Of a stretch of DNA of 64,000 nucleotides, positions 1 to 11,049 are shown piece after piece (within the stretch, counting starts at the first letter, position 1; each line of letters opens with the position of its first letter). The position numbers and the translations under genes are program-made. The notes under the pieces are model-generated. The model was not told the DNA's origin. It did no database searches and saw only the letters and a program-made list of their open reading frames with translations. The stretch is from NCBI GenBank assembly GCA_963700285.1, contig CAVOXA010000001.1, positions 1,600,001 to 1,664,000 of the forward strand. The letters are read 5' to 3'. This DNA is from an uncultured Chloroflexia bacterium. GTDB taxonomy: Bacteria > Chloroflexota > Anaerolineae > JAAYZQ01.

Positions 1-159
1 GCCGCCGTGCTCCCCGGCATGGGCATCGTGGCCCGGCTGATGTTCGGCGGCCCCTTCACCGTGAACGTGCTGCTTCATCTCGCGCCCGGCATGCTCCTCG
101 TGCTGCGAATGCCGCTCACTTTCGTCGTGTTTGTGATTGTGGTTCATCATATCTTCCAT
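1..159 (-). CDS. His-rich N-terminus, probably a P1B-type (CopB-like) heavy-metal ATPase; runs off the window edge
   Basis: Manual translation MEDMMNHNHKHDESERHSQHEEHAGREMKQHVHGEGAAEHQPGHDAHAGEHGG; lies downstream of Met-rich/SHOCT genes. The ATPase core is not visible. Confidence 0.5.
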   Translation of the reverse strand, partial: MEDMMNHNHKHDESERHSQHEEHAGREMKQHVHGEGAAEHQPGHDAHAGEHGG

Positions 160-264
160 TTCCAAAAGGACGTCTTCCTCACCTACGTGCACAGGACAAC
201 GGGATGGCCGGAAAACCAGCCACCCCGTTGTGTGTCTTGGATTCTGCTAGCCATGCAGCAGTCC

Positions 265-1081
265 TTAGCTGTGACCCTCCATCATGGCCACAAAGTCACC
301 GTGCCAACTGTGGTACCAGACGTCGCCGCTGCTGCCGTGGACGCTCAACATGCCCTCGATCTGGCCATCGTTTAGGAAGTGAAGCGTGTAGTAGCCGTAG
401 AACTCGTCGGCGTCACCCGCCGTCCGACCGGGCAGGTTGGCGTCCAGCCAGCGCTGGGCCACGTCCTCGGCCTCCTGGGGTGACAAGGTCATCTCGCCGG
501 ACGCATAGCCGCCCATCATACCCATCATCCCGCGCCCCGGCCCATCATCCCGTACTTGGCGTTCCACATCATGTTCGGACCAGGCTCCGGGCCGACGGCA
601 CCGCTGTCCTTGTCTACCAGCAGCTCCATGGCGCCGATGCCGGTGTCCTGCTCGGCGACGATGGCATAGTAGTTGCGCTCGAACTCCATGACCTCGGTCA
701 CTTCCAGGCCGGTGTAGCCCAGGCGTTCAACGTAGTCGTGGACAGCTGTCTCGACGTCCTCCAGCGAGGAAACGTCCCCCTCACCGGGGATCACGTACCC
801 CTGGCCGCAGGGCATGTCCTGCGCGGAGCCGAAGGGCATGTCGTTCCAATTCCAGTTGCCGCCCATCATGCCAGGTCCCATCATGCCATAGCCTGGCTGA
901 CCCGTCAATGCACGGCACCTCTTGGACAGAGCTGCCCGTCATGCCGTAGCCCGATCATCCCATTCCCCATCACGTTGTAGCCCCAGCGGCTCTGGCTCCA
1001 GATGGATCCGGCCAAGAAACCGGCAACCACCAGCACCACGGCCAACGCTATCGTTCCTATCACAATCGCAAAGGTCTTCAT
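265..1081 (-). CDS. Secreted/membrane-anchored Met/Gly-rich protein with two PepSY-like domains (frameshifted)
   Basis: Hydrophobic N-terminus MKTFAIVIGTIALAVVLVV from 1081; ORFs 525-908 and 265-567 continue it, with GMMG motifs and repeated EFxxxY segments. Confidence 0.6.
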
Positions 1082-1122
1082 CGTCTTTCTCTTCCTCTCG
1101 TTCTCAGTCTTTTGGTCGCCCT

Positions 1123-1353
1123 CTATTGGGAGAGCGTTTCTCTCATCAAGTCGTATTCTTCCCGGCTGATCTCACCCCGGGCAAAACGCCTATCGAGGAT
1201 GTCGCGGGCGTTCAGGTCCCGTCCGGTCGGCGGGGCTGGCGGCTGACCGGCTGGCGGAAACAGTGCCCGGATCAGCCAGGCAGCCAGCGCGATCAGCGCC
1301 CCCCAGAAGAGAACCATGAACAGCAGGCCGAGTCCCATTCCCCAACCCATCAT
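1123..1353 (-). CDS. SHOCT-domain membrane protein
   Basis: One TM helix plus C-terminal ARDILDRRFARGEISREEY. Confidence 0.85.
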   Translation of the reverse strand: MMGWGMGLGLLFMVLFWGALIALAAWLIRALFPPAGQPPAPPTGRDLNARDILDRRFARGEISREEYDLMRETLSQ

Positions 1354-1366
1354 GCCGCACCTCCGT

Positions 1367-1729
1367 CTAGCTCGACAACAGCTCTTTCATGCGCTCGAAC
1401 TCTTCGCGGTCAATCTCGCCGCTGGCGTAGCGCCGCTTGAGGATGTCCAGAGGCGATTCGCCCCTGTCGACCCGCTGCGTACCCTGCCGGGCCAGACCGG
1501 CGACCAACAAGGCGATACCGCCGATGATCACACCCCAGAACAGAAACATGAGTATCCCTCCACCGAATGTGTGCATCCCCCAGGGGGAGCCGTAGTTGCC
1601 TGTCATCCCAAAGCCGGCTTGACAACAGCCTCCGGCCCACAACTGGCTGCCCAGTAGCCAGCCCCCGCCCAGCAGGACTGCCAGAGCCAGCGCGATGCCA
1701 ATGCCGATTACAATGGTCCGTGTCTTCAT
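1367..1729 (-). CDS. SHOCT-domain membrane protein
   Basis: Two hydrophobic segments plus PLDILKRRYASGEIDREEF. Confidence 0.85.
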   Translation of the reverse strand: MKTRTIVIGIGIALALAVLLGGGWLLGSQLWAGGCCQAGFGMTGNYGSPWGMHTFGGGILMFLFWGVIIGGIALLVAGLARQGTQRVDRGESPLDILKRRYASGEIDREEFERMKELLSS

Positions 1730-1797
1730 TCATGACCTCCGGTTCCATGACCTCCGAAGGGTCTTGTCCCTCGGAGGTCATACTCGTACACATTCTC

Positions 1798-2077
1798 TCA
1801 GGCCAGGTCCTGCAACATGCGCTGGTACTCTTCGCGGGTCAGCTCACCGCGAGCATACCGGGTCTGCAGAATCTCGCGGGCCGACGCCTGCCGGGTCCCT
1901 TGAGGTTGCGTCCAGGAAGCCAACTCCTTCTGAAGCTCCGAACCTGCGCCACAGCCAGATGCCCAGGAACACCAGACCCACCAACAACCCAATAGTCAGG
2001 AGTGTGCTGAGCAAGCCACCGAACAAGCCCAGGCCGCCCATACCACCTCCAAAACCACCCATCATTCCTCCACCCAT
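1798..2077 (-). CDS. SHOCT-domain membrane protein (frameshifted)
   Basis: MGGGMMGGFGGG-TM in one frame and AREILQTRYARGELTREEY in another. Confidence 0.75.
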
Positions 2078-2150
2078 CACGACATCCTCATTTCGTTCTT
2101 CTCCAGGGGCAGGTTGTTGACTGCCCTCTTGATGTCTCACTGTTGGGGAT

Positions 2151-2205
2151 AGTATAACAAGGCGGGTTAAAGGAACCATGAACAGAGTTTAAAGATTTGG
2201 TAAAG
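2151..2205 (-). promoter_or_regulatory. Extended -10 promoter with four phased OmpR-type boxes
   Basis: Minus-strand TGnTATACT at 2151-2159; plus-strand TTAAAG/ATGAAC/TTAAAG/GTAAAG at 2167, 2178, 2189 and 2200 (11-bp period). Confidence 0.6.
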
Positions 2206-2261
2206 AAAAAGAGCGACGTCTCGCGTTGAGACATCGCTCCAGGCGCCCAGTGGGGGGTTGT

Positions 2262-3431
2262 TCAGGCAACAGGCCCTTCGGCCCGGTCCTTCCAGGACGC
2301 GCTCAGGGCAGGGAGGGTGAATGAGAAGGTGCTCCCCTGACCTGGTCCGTCGCTGGCAGCCTGGATCTGCCCGCCGTGAGCCTCGACCAGGTGACGGGCG
2401 ATGGTCAGGCCGATGCCACTGCCGCCCCCGGCTCGCGAGCGCGACTTGTCCACCCGGTAAAAGCGCTCGAATATGTGAAGCAGATGCTCTGGGGGGATGC
2501 CAACACCCGTATCCTCCACCGATAACCGCACCCGGTCGCCTTCGCGCCGGGCGGACAAGCAGACCTGGCCGCCCGATGGCGTGTATTGCAGCGCATTGCC
2601 CACCAGGTTGAGCAGCACCTGGCCGATGCGGTCCTCGTCGACGCGGACGGGGGGCAGATCCGCGGGCACGTCGATCTCCAGCGCCACGCCCTTTTCCTCG
2701 AACTGGTGGCCCAGGCGGGCCACGACGCCGTCGACGAGACGTTCTGGCGCAGTGGGGAGCAGGTTCAATTCGTAAGCCCCCGCCTCGACCCGGCTGAGTT
2801 CCTGCAAGTCGTGGACCAGCCGTTGCAGCCGATCGGCCTCGCGGTACACCTGCTGAAAAGTGGCCGCTTCGGCCGGCAGCACGCCATCGATCAGGCCCTC
2901 CATGTAGCCCTTGATCGATGCTAACGGGGTACGCAGCTCGTGAGCCACGTTGCCGATCAGTTCCAGGCGGAGGGCTTCGGTCTGCTCCAGCCGGGACGCC
3001 ATCTGGTTGAAGCTGAGGGCCAGCCGGCCCAGCTCGTCCAGATCCTCCCGGCTTGCCTTGCCGGGCACACCTACCCGCTCCTCGTAGTGGCCATCGGCGA
3101 TGCGCTGGCTGGCGGTCTGCATCTCTTGTACCGGCAGCACCACCCGCCGGCTGACAAACACGCTAAGGACCAGAGCCGCAACAAAGGCAGCCGACCCGGC
3201 GAGGAGGAGGGCCTCGGTAACCGCGTTGCGAAAGCTGCTGAAGAAATCCAGCTCCAGCATCATGGACATGCCGCCCATCATCTCGGCCATGGCGGCCATG
3301 TGCCGCTCAAAGGCGGTCGGCACCGCCAACTCCGCGGCCGTGGCCAAGACTACGATGCCCACCAGCAATGACCACCAGGTAGGACAGGAACAGCTTCAGG
3401 CTCAGGTGCCGGCGCACATGAGCTGTGGCAT
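2262..3431 (-). CDS. HAMP-domain sensor histidine kinase (BaeS-like); 5' end frameshifted
   Basis: H-box VAHELRTPL, N-box NLVGNALQYT, DTGVGIP, FERFYRVD, GSGIGL. Confidence 0.93.
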
Positions 3432-3433
3432 CT

Positions 3434-4121
3434 TCACGCCTCCTCGTCTTCGAACCGATAGCCTACCCCCCGCACGGTGACGATGAAGCGATCGTCGCCC
3501 AGCTTCTGCCGGATGTGACCGATGTGCACGTCCACCACCCGCTCTTCGCCGTAAAAGTCGTAGCCCCACACCTGTTGCAGCAGTTGTTCACGGCTGAGTA
3601 CCAGCCCTCGATGCTCGGCCAGGGTTTTGAGCAGATCGAACTCGGTGCTGGTCAGCTCTACGGGCTCGTCGTCGACCCACACCTGGCGGCTACCCGTGTC
3701 GATGCGTACATGGCGAAAGGCCAGCGTCGCTGCCTCGGCTGGGCCGACGCCGTCGCGCAGGCGGCGCAGGGCGGCCTTGACGCGGGCCACCAGCTCGCGC
3801 GGGCTAAAGGGTTTGGTCAGATAGTCGTCGGCCCCCACTGACAGGCCGACGATCTTGTCGGTCTCCTCCGACTTGGCCGTGAGCATGATGACATAGACGT
3901 CCGACTCGCGACGCAGTTGGGTCAGCAGTTCGATGCCGTCCATGCCGGGCAGCATGACATCCAGGACGATCAGATCTGGCTTAAAGGCACGCGCCGCTTT
4001 GAGGCCGCCCGGCCCGTCCATGGCGGTGTAGCACCTCATACCCCTCGCGACGCAGGTAGGCCGTCACCAGGTCGAGGATGCTCTGTTCATCGTCAACCAC
4101 CAGAATCTTGACACTAGGCAC
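3434..4121 (-). CDS. OmpR/PhoB-family response regulator (frameshift near 4040)
   Basis: KILVVDDE N-terminus, LDVMLPGMDG, KPFSPREL, TVRGVGYRF. Confidence 0.93.
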
Positions 4122-4540
4122 GCGCCGCCTCCTCCATCCTTGGTGTTTCAGCCTCCATGTTACATGAGAGGGGGGCCGTTGTCAAGCCTGTATCTGCGAG
4201 ACCCTGTCTGCCTTTGGCCAGCAATCCCTCCGAGCGCTATCTTGCGTGCGGCGTAAGGTCAAGGGTCCCGCTATGCCCGGGATTCGGCCGTACATCAGCA
4301 GGGCAGTAAGGCTATCGAACGTCCTTGTGTTGGGGCGGGCTGGTGATAATAGTGCTGGATGCTGCCTTGAACTCGGGGTTGCCCTTGTCATTGGTGTCGC
4401 TGGTTACGGACATCGATGACCTTGGCCACCGGAACGGGGCAGAGGATAGTGGTCGAGGGGTAGACCTACAGTGCCCCGAGCACTGAAACTGTAGCATTGT
4501 TGTCACCGAAGCAGTTGGCAAGGAAGGACGACCACGGGGC

Positions 4541-4571
4541 AAAGAGAAAGGCCGGGTAAGAAACCCCGGCC
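4541..4571 (-). terminator. Intrinsic terminator after the aldolase-Fae genes
   Basis: GGCCGGG/CCCGGCC stem followed by TTTCTCTTT on the minus strand. Confidence 0.65.
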
Positions 4572-4594
4572 TAACATTCCATCGATCCAGATAC

Positions 4595-6071
4595 CTACGG
4601 CGCGTAGCGGAACGGGTGCCGGGCAGCTTCCTTCTCGGCAACCAGCTCCTGCAGCGTCGGCCGTTCCTCCAGGGCCTTGCGGATGGCGCCGCGCATGGCT
4701 TTATAGTTGTTGATCTTGACCCGCTGGCGGATGCTCGCCGCGGGATGGACAAAGACGTTGGCGATAAGGCAGATATCGTCCAGGATCGCTTCCGGCAGGT
4801 TGTGATATTCGACGGCGTGTGCCAGCGCCAGGTTGATGCCGCTGGCCGCCTCTTCGTAGACCAGTTGTTTCGCCTTTGCGCCGCGCACGGTGACAGTAGG
4901 CACCAGCATTGTCAGCGGCCGCTCGTTGATGATCACCAGTTCATGCCCGGGGCGCGCTTCGTTTCTGGCCCGCTCCAGGGCTCTGCCCACCGGCCCCTCT
5001 TTCCTGCCCAGCAGCAGATCGATGTGGGCCACCTCGGAGAAGGGCGGCCCGGCAAAGCCTTCGCCCACGCAGAGCGTCAGGTCGCCCGAGGGAGCGGGTA
5101 GGTCGGCTGGCAGGGCGTACTCGACCTCCTTGCCTCCCAGGACCACCGCCTGGGTCGGGATCTTGCCCAGGATCTCGAGTTGGCTGCGCAGGTCCTCGTA
5201 ATCTTCCCTCTCAAACTCGCCACCCTGGATCAGGGGCGAGCGGACGTTGCTCATGCCCGGCAGGCCCATCATGCGTAGCCCTTCTTTGACCGCCTGGGGC
5301 GCCCCCTTGCGTACCAGCAGCCGGGTGAGGATCTGCAGATTCCTTCTGTCGTCGCTGCACGAACTCGGCGTCGCCCCGCTGCGCAGCCTGGTAGATCTCC
5401 TGCCAGACGTCGGGTACGAGGTTGGCCGAGGCCAGGATGGCCCCGTCGGCGCCGGCCAGCAAGGCCGCGCCGACGACCTCGTCGTGGCCAACAAAGAGGC
5501 TGATGGTACCCTTGAGTTTTTCCAGGGCGGCCATAAAGAAGGGAATGTCTCCCGAAGAGTCCTTCATGCCGACGACGTTGTCAAAGGCCAGGCCCATGCC
5601 CTCGGCCGTCCACCACCGATAGTGGGTGCCGGCGGTCTGGGGGATGTTATAGAGCACGATGGGCAGGCCGATCTTGTCCACCTGCTGGTAGTGGTCGAAG
5701 ACCTCATTGAAGGCTGGTTTGAGAAAGTAGGGGGAAACCACCAGAGCCCCGGTCACCCCGGCTTCCTTGGCCCACTGGGTCAGTGCCAGTGTCTCCAGGG
5801 TGCTCTGGCAGCCGGTGCCGGCCAGTACGGGTACCTGCCCGGCGACCTCGTCGATGCAGATCTCGATGGCCCGCTGTTTCTCCTCCAGCGTCATCGAGCT
5901 GAATTCGCCTGTCGTACCGCAGGGTACCACGCCGTTGACGTGGGGCAGTACGAAGCGGATCAGCTCGCGGTAGGTGTCCTCGTCCACCTGGTCGTCAGCC
6001 GTAAACGGAGTGACCAGGGCGGGGTAGATTCCCTTGAACCATTCAGGTTTCTTGCTCTTCTCTGGTGTCAT
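4595..6071 (-). CDS. DHDPS/NAL-family class I aldolase fused to a C-terminal formaldehyde-activating enzyme (Fae)-like domain, copy A (frameshift near 5340)
   Basis: GTTGEF, LYNIP, GMKDSSG; then VGEGFAG..EVAHIDLLLG..NVFVHP..NYKA..HPF, resembling Fae. Confidence 0.85.
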
Positions 6072-6072
6072 G

Positions 6073-7505
6073 TTATTTCACCTCCGCGAAGGCATCGTCG
6101 ATGGCGACGCAGGTCGCTCTGTAGGCATTGTGGTGCAGCACGCGTCGGTCCAGGGCCTGGGGATGCACGGTGGCCTGGACGAACATCACGTCAGCATGCA
6201 TCGCCCCTTCCGGGATGACTCCCTCGGCCAGCTTGTCGACGATAGCCTTGGCCACAGCGTTCTGTACCGGGCCGTAGATCATGTTTGCCTGTCGCAGATC
6301 CTTCAGTTCGTTGGTGGGCACGATCAGCGTGCTGGGTCGCACCGTCAGGTTGGGCTCCAGGATGGTAGTCAGAGCTTCAAGGCCGTGGCGCGGGTAGGTG
6401 AGCTGGTAGGCCCAGGCCTCGCCCAGCGGGCCGTCTTTGGCGCCAGCCAGCAAGTCAATCTGGGTCGATTCGGCGCCCTCGCCGGCGCTGCCGGTGCCGG
6501 TCCGCATTCCAGCCGTACAGATCGTATCCGCCCTCAGCCCCACAGCCCTCGAACCGGCCATCCAGCGGCCCTTTCGGGAGGTAGTGCTCGGCGGGCGGCG
6601 GCTGGATCTTGCCCAGTTTCTCCAACTCGAGCTGGATCTCGGCCCGGTCCTCGTGGAGCAGAGACCCGCCAACGCTCTTCAGGGGACTGCGCGGCCGTCC
6701 AGCGTCTACGCCCATCATCTTGAGCGCCTGTTTGACCGGAACCCCGCCGCCATAGCGGCAAAAAATGCGGGAGAGCTTTTGGACCTGACGCTGGAGGGTC
6801 CGGGCGGTGCCGAGATCTCCCGACTGGACAGCCCTCAGGACCGCTTGCCAGACCTCGGGATATACCTGGGCCGAGGCCAGAATCACGCCCGCGGCGCCGC
6901 CGGCCAGCCCGTTCAACACGACCTCATCGTGGCCGATGAGGACGTTGATGCGATCGCCGGCGTATTCCAAGATCTCCATGGTGTAGGTCAGGTTGCCTGA
7001 CGAATCCTTCAACCCGACGATGTTGGGAATGTCTGCCAGGTCTTCGACCACGCGGCGGGGCAGGTAGGCGTCCACGACCTGGGGAATGTTGTAGAGGATG
7101 ATGGGCATCTGCGGCAAGGCTCTGGTGATCTCATAGTAGTGCTGGTAGATGACCCTTGTCGGACGGATGGAGGAAATAGGGCGTCACGATCAGACAGGCG
7201 TCTGCCCCAGCTTCCTCCGCGCCGAGTGCCAGGTTGATGGCCTGCCGGGTGCCCGGCGCGCCAGTACCGGCAATGACCGGTTTGCCCTGGGCTTCCTCAA
7301 CGGCAATTTGCACCAGGCGCTTGTTCTCCTCGGGTGTGAGGTAGTTGAACTCGCCGGTGGTGCCGCAGGGGACCAGGCCGTCCACGTCGTCGATCACGTG
7401 GCGAATGAGGTTGCGGAAGGCAGCCTCGTCCACCGACTGATCCTTGGCAAAGGGTGTGACCAGGGCGGGGTTCACGCCGCCCGGTCGGAACGGTTTTTCG
7501 ATCAT
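6073..7505 (-). CDS. DHDPS/NAL-family aldolase fused to a Fae-like domain, copy B (frameshifts near 7150 and 6550)
   Basis: GTTGEF, LYNIP, GLKDSSG; then GEGAESTQIDL..ILEPNLTVRPSTLIVP..QANMIYGPVQNAVAKAIVD..EGVIP. Confidence 0.8.
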
Positions 7506-7550
7506 GATTCACTCTCCATTGAGAATGTTGTTGATATTGACAGTTCGTCA

Positions 7551-7617
7551 ACCGCAGAGACACAGAGAATGCAGAGGTTTCTTCTATGGGTTTCTCTGCC
7601 CTCTGAGTCTCTGCGGT
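7551..7617. repeat. Intergenic palindromic element
   Basis: ACCGCAGAGACACAGAG ... CTCTGAGTCTCTGCGGT inverted arms. Confidence 0.65.
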
Positions 7618-7625
7618 AAATCGTA

Positions 7626-8897
7626 CTACTTGTGCAGGTTCTGGGCGGCGATGAAGGACAGACCCTTCTCGGTCAGCGCCCGAGCGGTACGATTCACGGC
7701 GTCGTGCTTGTCCAGGTAGTTTCGCTCGCAGGGCGTCCCAGTCGCCCGATTCCAGGATCTTCAGCTTTGTCGCGGAAGTAGTCCAGGATGTCGGATGGGT
7801 GGTCGCGGGTCTGGTCCAACTCTGGGGCGCCGCCCTCGTGCTTGGCCGAGATATTGGGCACGCGGGCGGCCAGCTCGACCAGTTCATCGGTGCGGTCGTA
7901 GGGCTGTCGGACGATGTGCTTATAGGTCTCGGTGATGTGGTGCTCAAAGCGGACGATATCCTCCAGATTCGAGCGCTTTCCGTACCTGGGCAGTGAGTTC
8001 GATGGTCTCGTTGTTGACCGAGTTGCTCCAGTTGAAGCCGATCAGAGAGGTCGTTCCATCGTCACGCCCAAAGAGCTTTGCGCCGATGAGGGTCCACAAC
8101 GCTGCGTAGGGATTGTCATTGCCCATAAAGACCGAGATCTTGAACTCGATATCCACTCCCAGCTTGTGGAGGAAATAGCCCAGGAGCACGGTGCCGGGAT
8201 TGATGTTGAGTACCTGTTTGATGCCATAGTTGGTATAGTAGTACAGGAACTCGTCGAGCCACTTGAGCGCGTGGTCGTTGGGCTGGCCGACTCCCCCAAA
8301 GTAGCCTGTGATCGTCTCTGGCCCGCCCAGGTGAATGTTGGAGCCATCGGTACCCTTGGTATCCAGGGTTTCGACATAACTTGCGCCCACGATCTGCATG
8401 GCAGCAGCCACGGCCAGAATATCGCCCTGGTCTGCCTCCTGTTCCTTCATCTTGCGGACGCGGATAAAGCGACCTGGCATCAGTTCGCCGTTGGCAATGG
8501 CCTGACTGGCCTCGGTGATGAGAAAGGGAAAGTACTGCAGGGCGCTGATCTCGAGGGTGACGGCAAAGTCATCCGCGAAATCCATGGTGCTGGCCCTGGC
8601 GCCCAGGACTTTGTGGCGATAGTCGGCCACGGAGATAAAAGCGCCAGCGTCGCGCTGTTCCATCAGCCATTCCAGGTCAGCCAGATAGGGAGAGCCTGTC
8701 CGTTCCAGGCGGCCGAGCAAGCGGGGCAACTGGCGCGCCTCGTCGGCCTTTTGATTGATCTCATCCACGCTGCCATACCTGGCCACGACGGCCAGAAAAT
8801 CGCTGATGACCTGGGTATTGGGATCCAGCAGCAGGGAGTTGATCTCTTCGAGGCTGTTCGAAGAGATTCTCAGTCGGTTGCGGAGATCACTTTCCAT
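7626..8897 (-). CDS. Hypothetical cytoplasmic protein, about 420 aa (frameshifts near 7960 and 7720-7760)
   Basis: ORF 7944-8897 continues in other frames as DIVRFEHHITET..KHEGG..HPSDILDYF..KHDAVNRTA..NLHK-stop. Confidence 0.75.
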
Positions 8898-9035
8898 AAG
8901 TCCCTCCTCCTATGTCTTTTGGCAAGGGTTCGCCGTCAAGGACCCGGATGGGTCAAGGCGTCCATTATAGCATGGAACGTGGTGACTGTCATCTTTTGCG
9001 ATGTGGGCTGAAGCCAACAATGTGGAGGCAAAGCA

Positions 9036-9062
9036 AGACTCCCACCATTACGGTGGGAGTCT
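9036..9062 (-). terminator. Hairpin terminator after the tRNA cluster
   Basis: AGACTCCCACC/GGTGGGAGTCT perfect inverted repeat. Confidence 0.65.
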
Positions 9063-9071
9063 GTGACCTTT

Positions 9072-9148
9072 TGGTACCCTCGGCGCGATTCGAACGCGCG
9101 GCCTTCTCCTCCGCAGGGAGACGCTCTAATCCGCTGAGCTACGAGGGC
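9072..9148 (-). tRNA. tRNA-Arg(GCG)
   Basis: GCCCTCGTAGCTCAG..TCTCC-CTGCGGA-GGAGA..GTTCGAATC..GAGGGTACCA cloverleaf. Confidence 0.93.
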
Positions 9149-9153
9149 ATGTA

Positions 9154-9245
9154 GGCGGGGAGGCAGGGATTCGAACCCTGGGAGGAGCTATTAACCCCTC
9201 AACCACTTAGCAGGCGGCCCCAATCGTCCACTCCGGCACCTCCCC
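9154..9245 (-). tRNA. tRNA-Ser(GCT)
   Basis: Anticodon arm GCCGC-CTGCTAA-GTGGT, long variable arm, GGTTCGAATCC; full CCA not encoded. Confidence 0.92.
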
Positions 9246-9321
9246 CCTGTTTCTTTTCCGGCCTTGGCCTCTGGACCTTCGACCTTCACTCAGGATGAAC
9301 CATCGAAAACCCAGAGTTGAT

Positions 9322-9411
<90 letters not shown>

Positions 9412-9453
9412 GTGACGAGGCGGCCGGACTCCCTCTCCGGCGCTCACGGAGCC

Positions 9454-9482
9454 AGTATAGCAGAGAGCCCCCCATTTGTCAA
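9454..9482 (-). promoter_or_regulatory. Sigma70 promoter of the tRNA cluster
   Basis: TTGACA-17 bp-TATACT. Confidence 0.7.
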
Positions 9483-9577
9483 AAGCGAGGAGCAGTCAGC
9501 CTTCAGCTATCAGCGGTCAGTACAGGGTACCCTGGCGGAGCGCAGTAGGCTGATCGCTGACTGCGGGTAGCGGATAC

Positions 9578-10846
<1,269 letters not shown>

Positions 10847-11049
10847 TTGGTGCCTCCATAGGAGCGGTTAGCTTTCAGCGATCAGTATTCAGGGGCTGCC
10901 TCGCAGCCTCTTGGTGAGGGATGCGAGCATACGTTTTACCGGTGACTCTTCTCCCAAACCTGCAGATTCCGAAAGTCTTTCAACCGGCCTCTCTCCTCCT
11001 TGTACCCCCGCTCCTAGCTTACCGCTGACTGCTGAGTGCTGAAAGCTCA

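Noticed and set aside
4595-7505. Calling these genes dapA
   Set aside because: They lack the Arg after YNxP, carry an extra Fae-like domain and have no lysine-pathway neighbours
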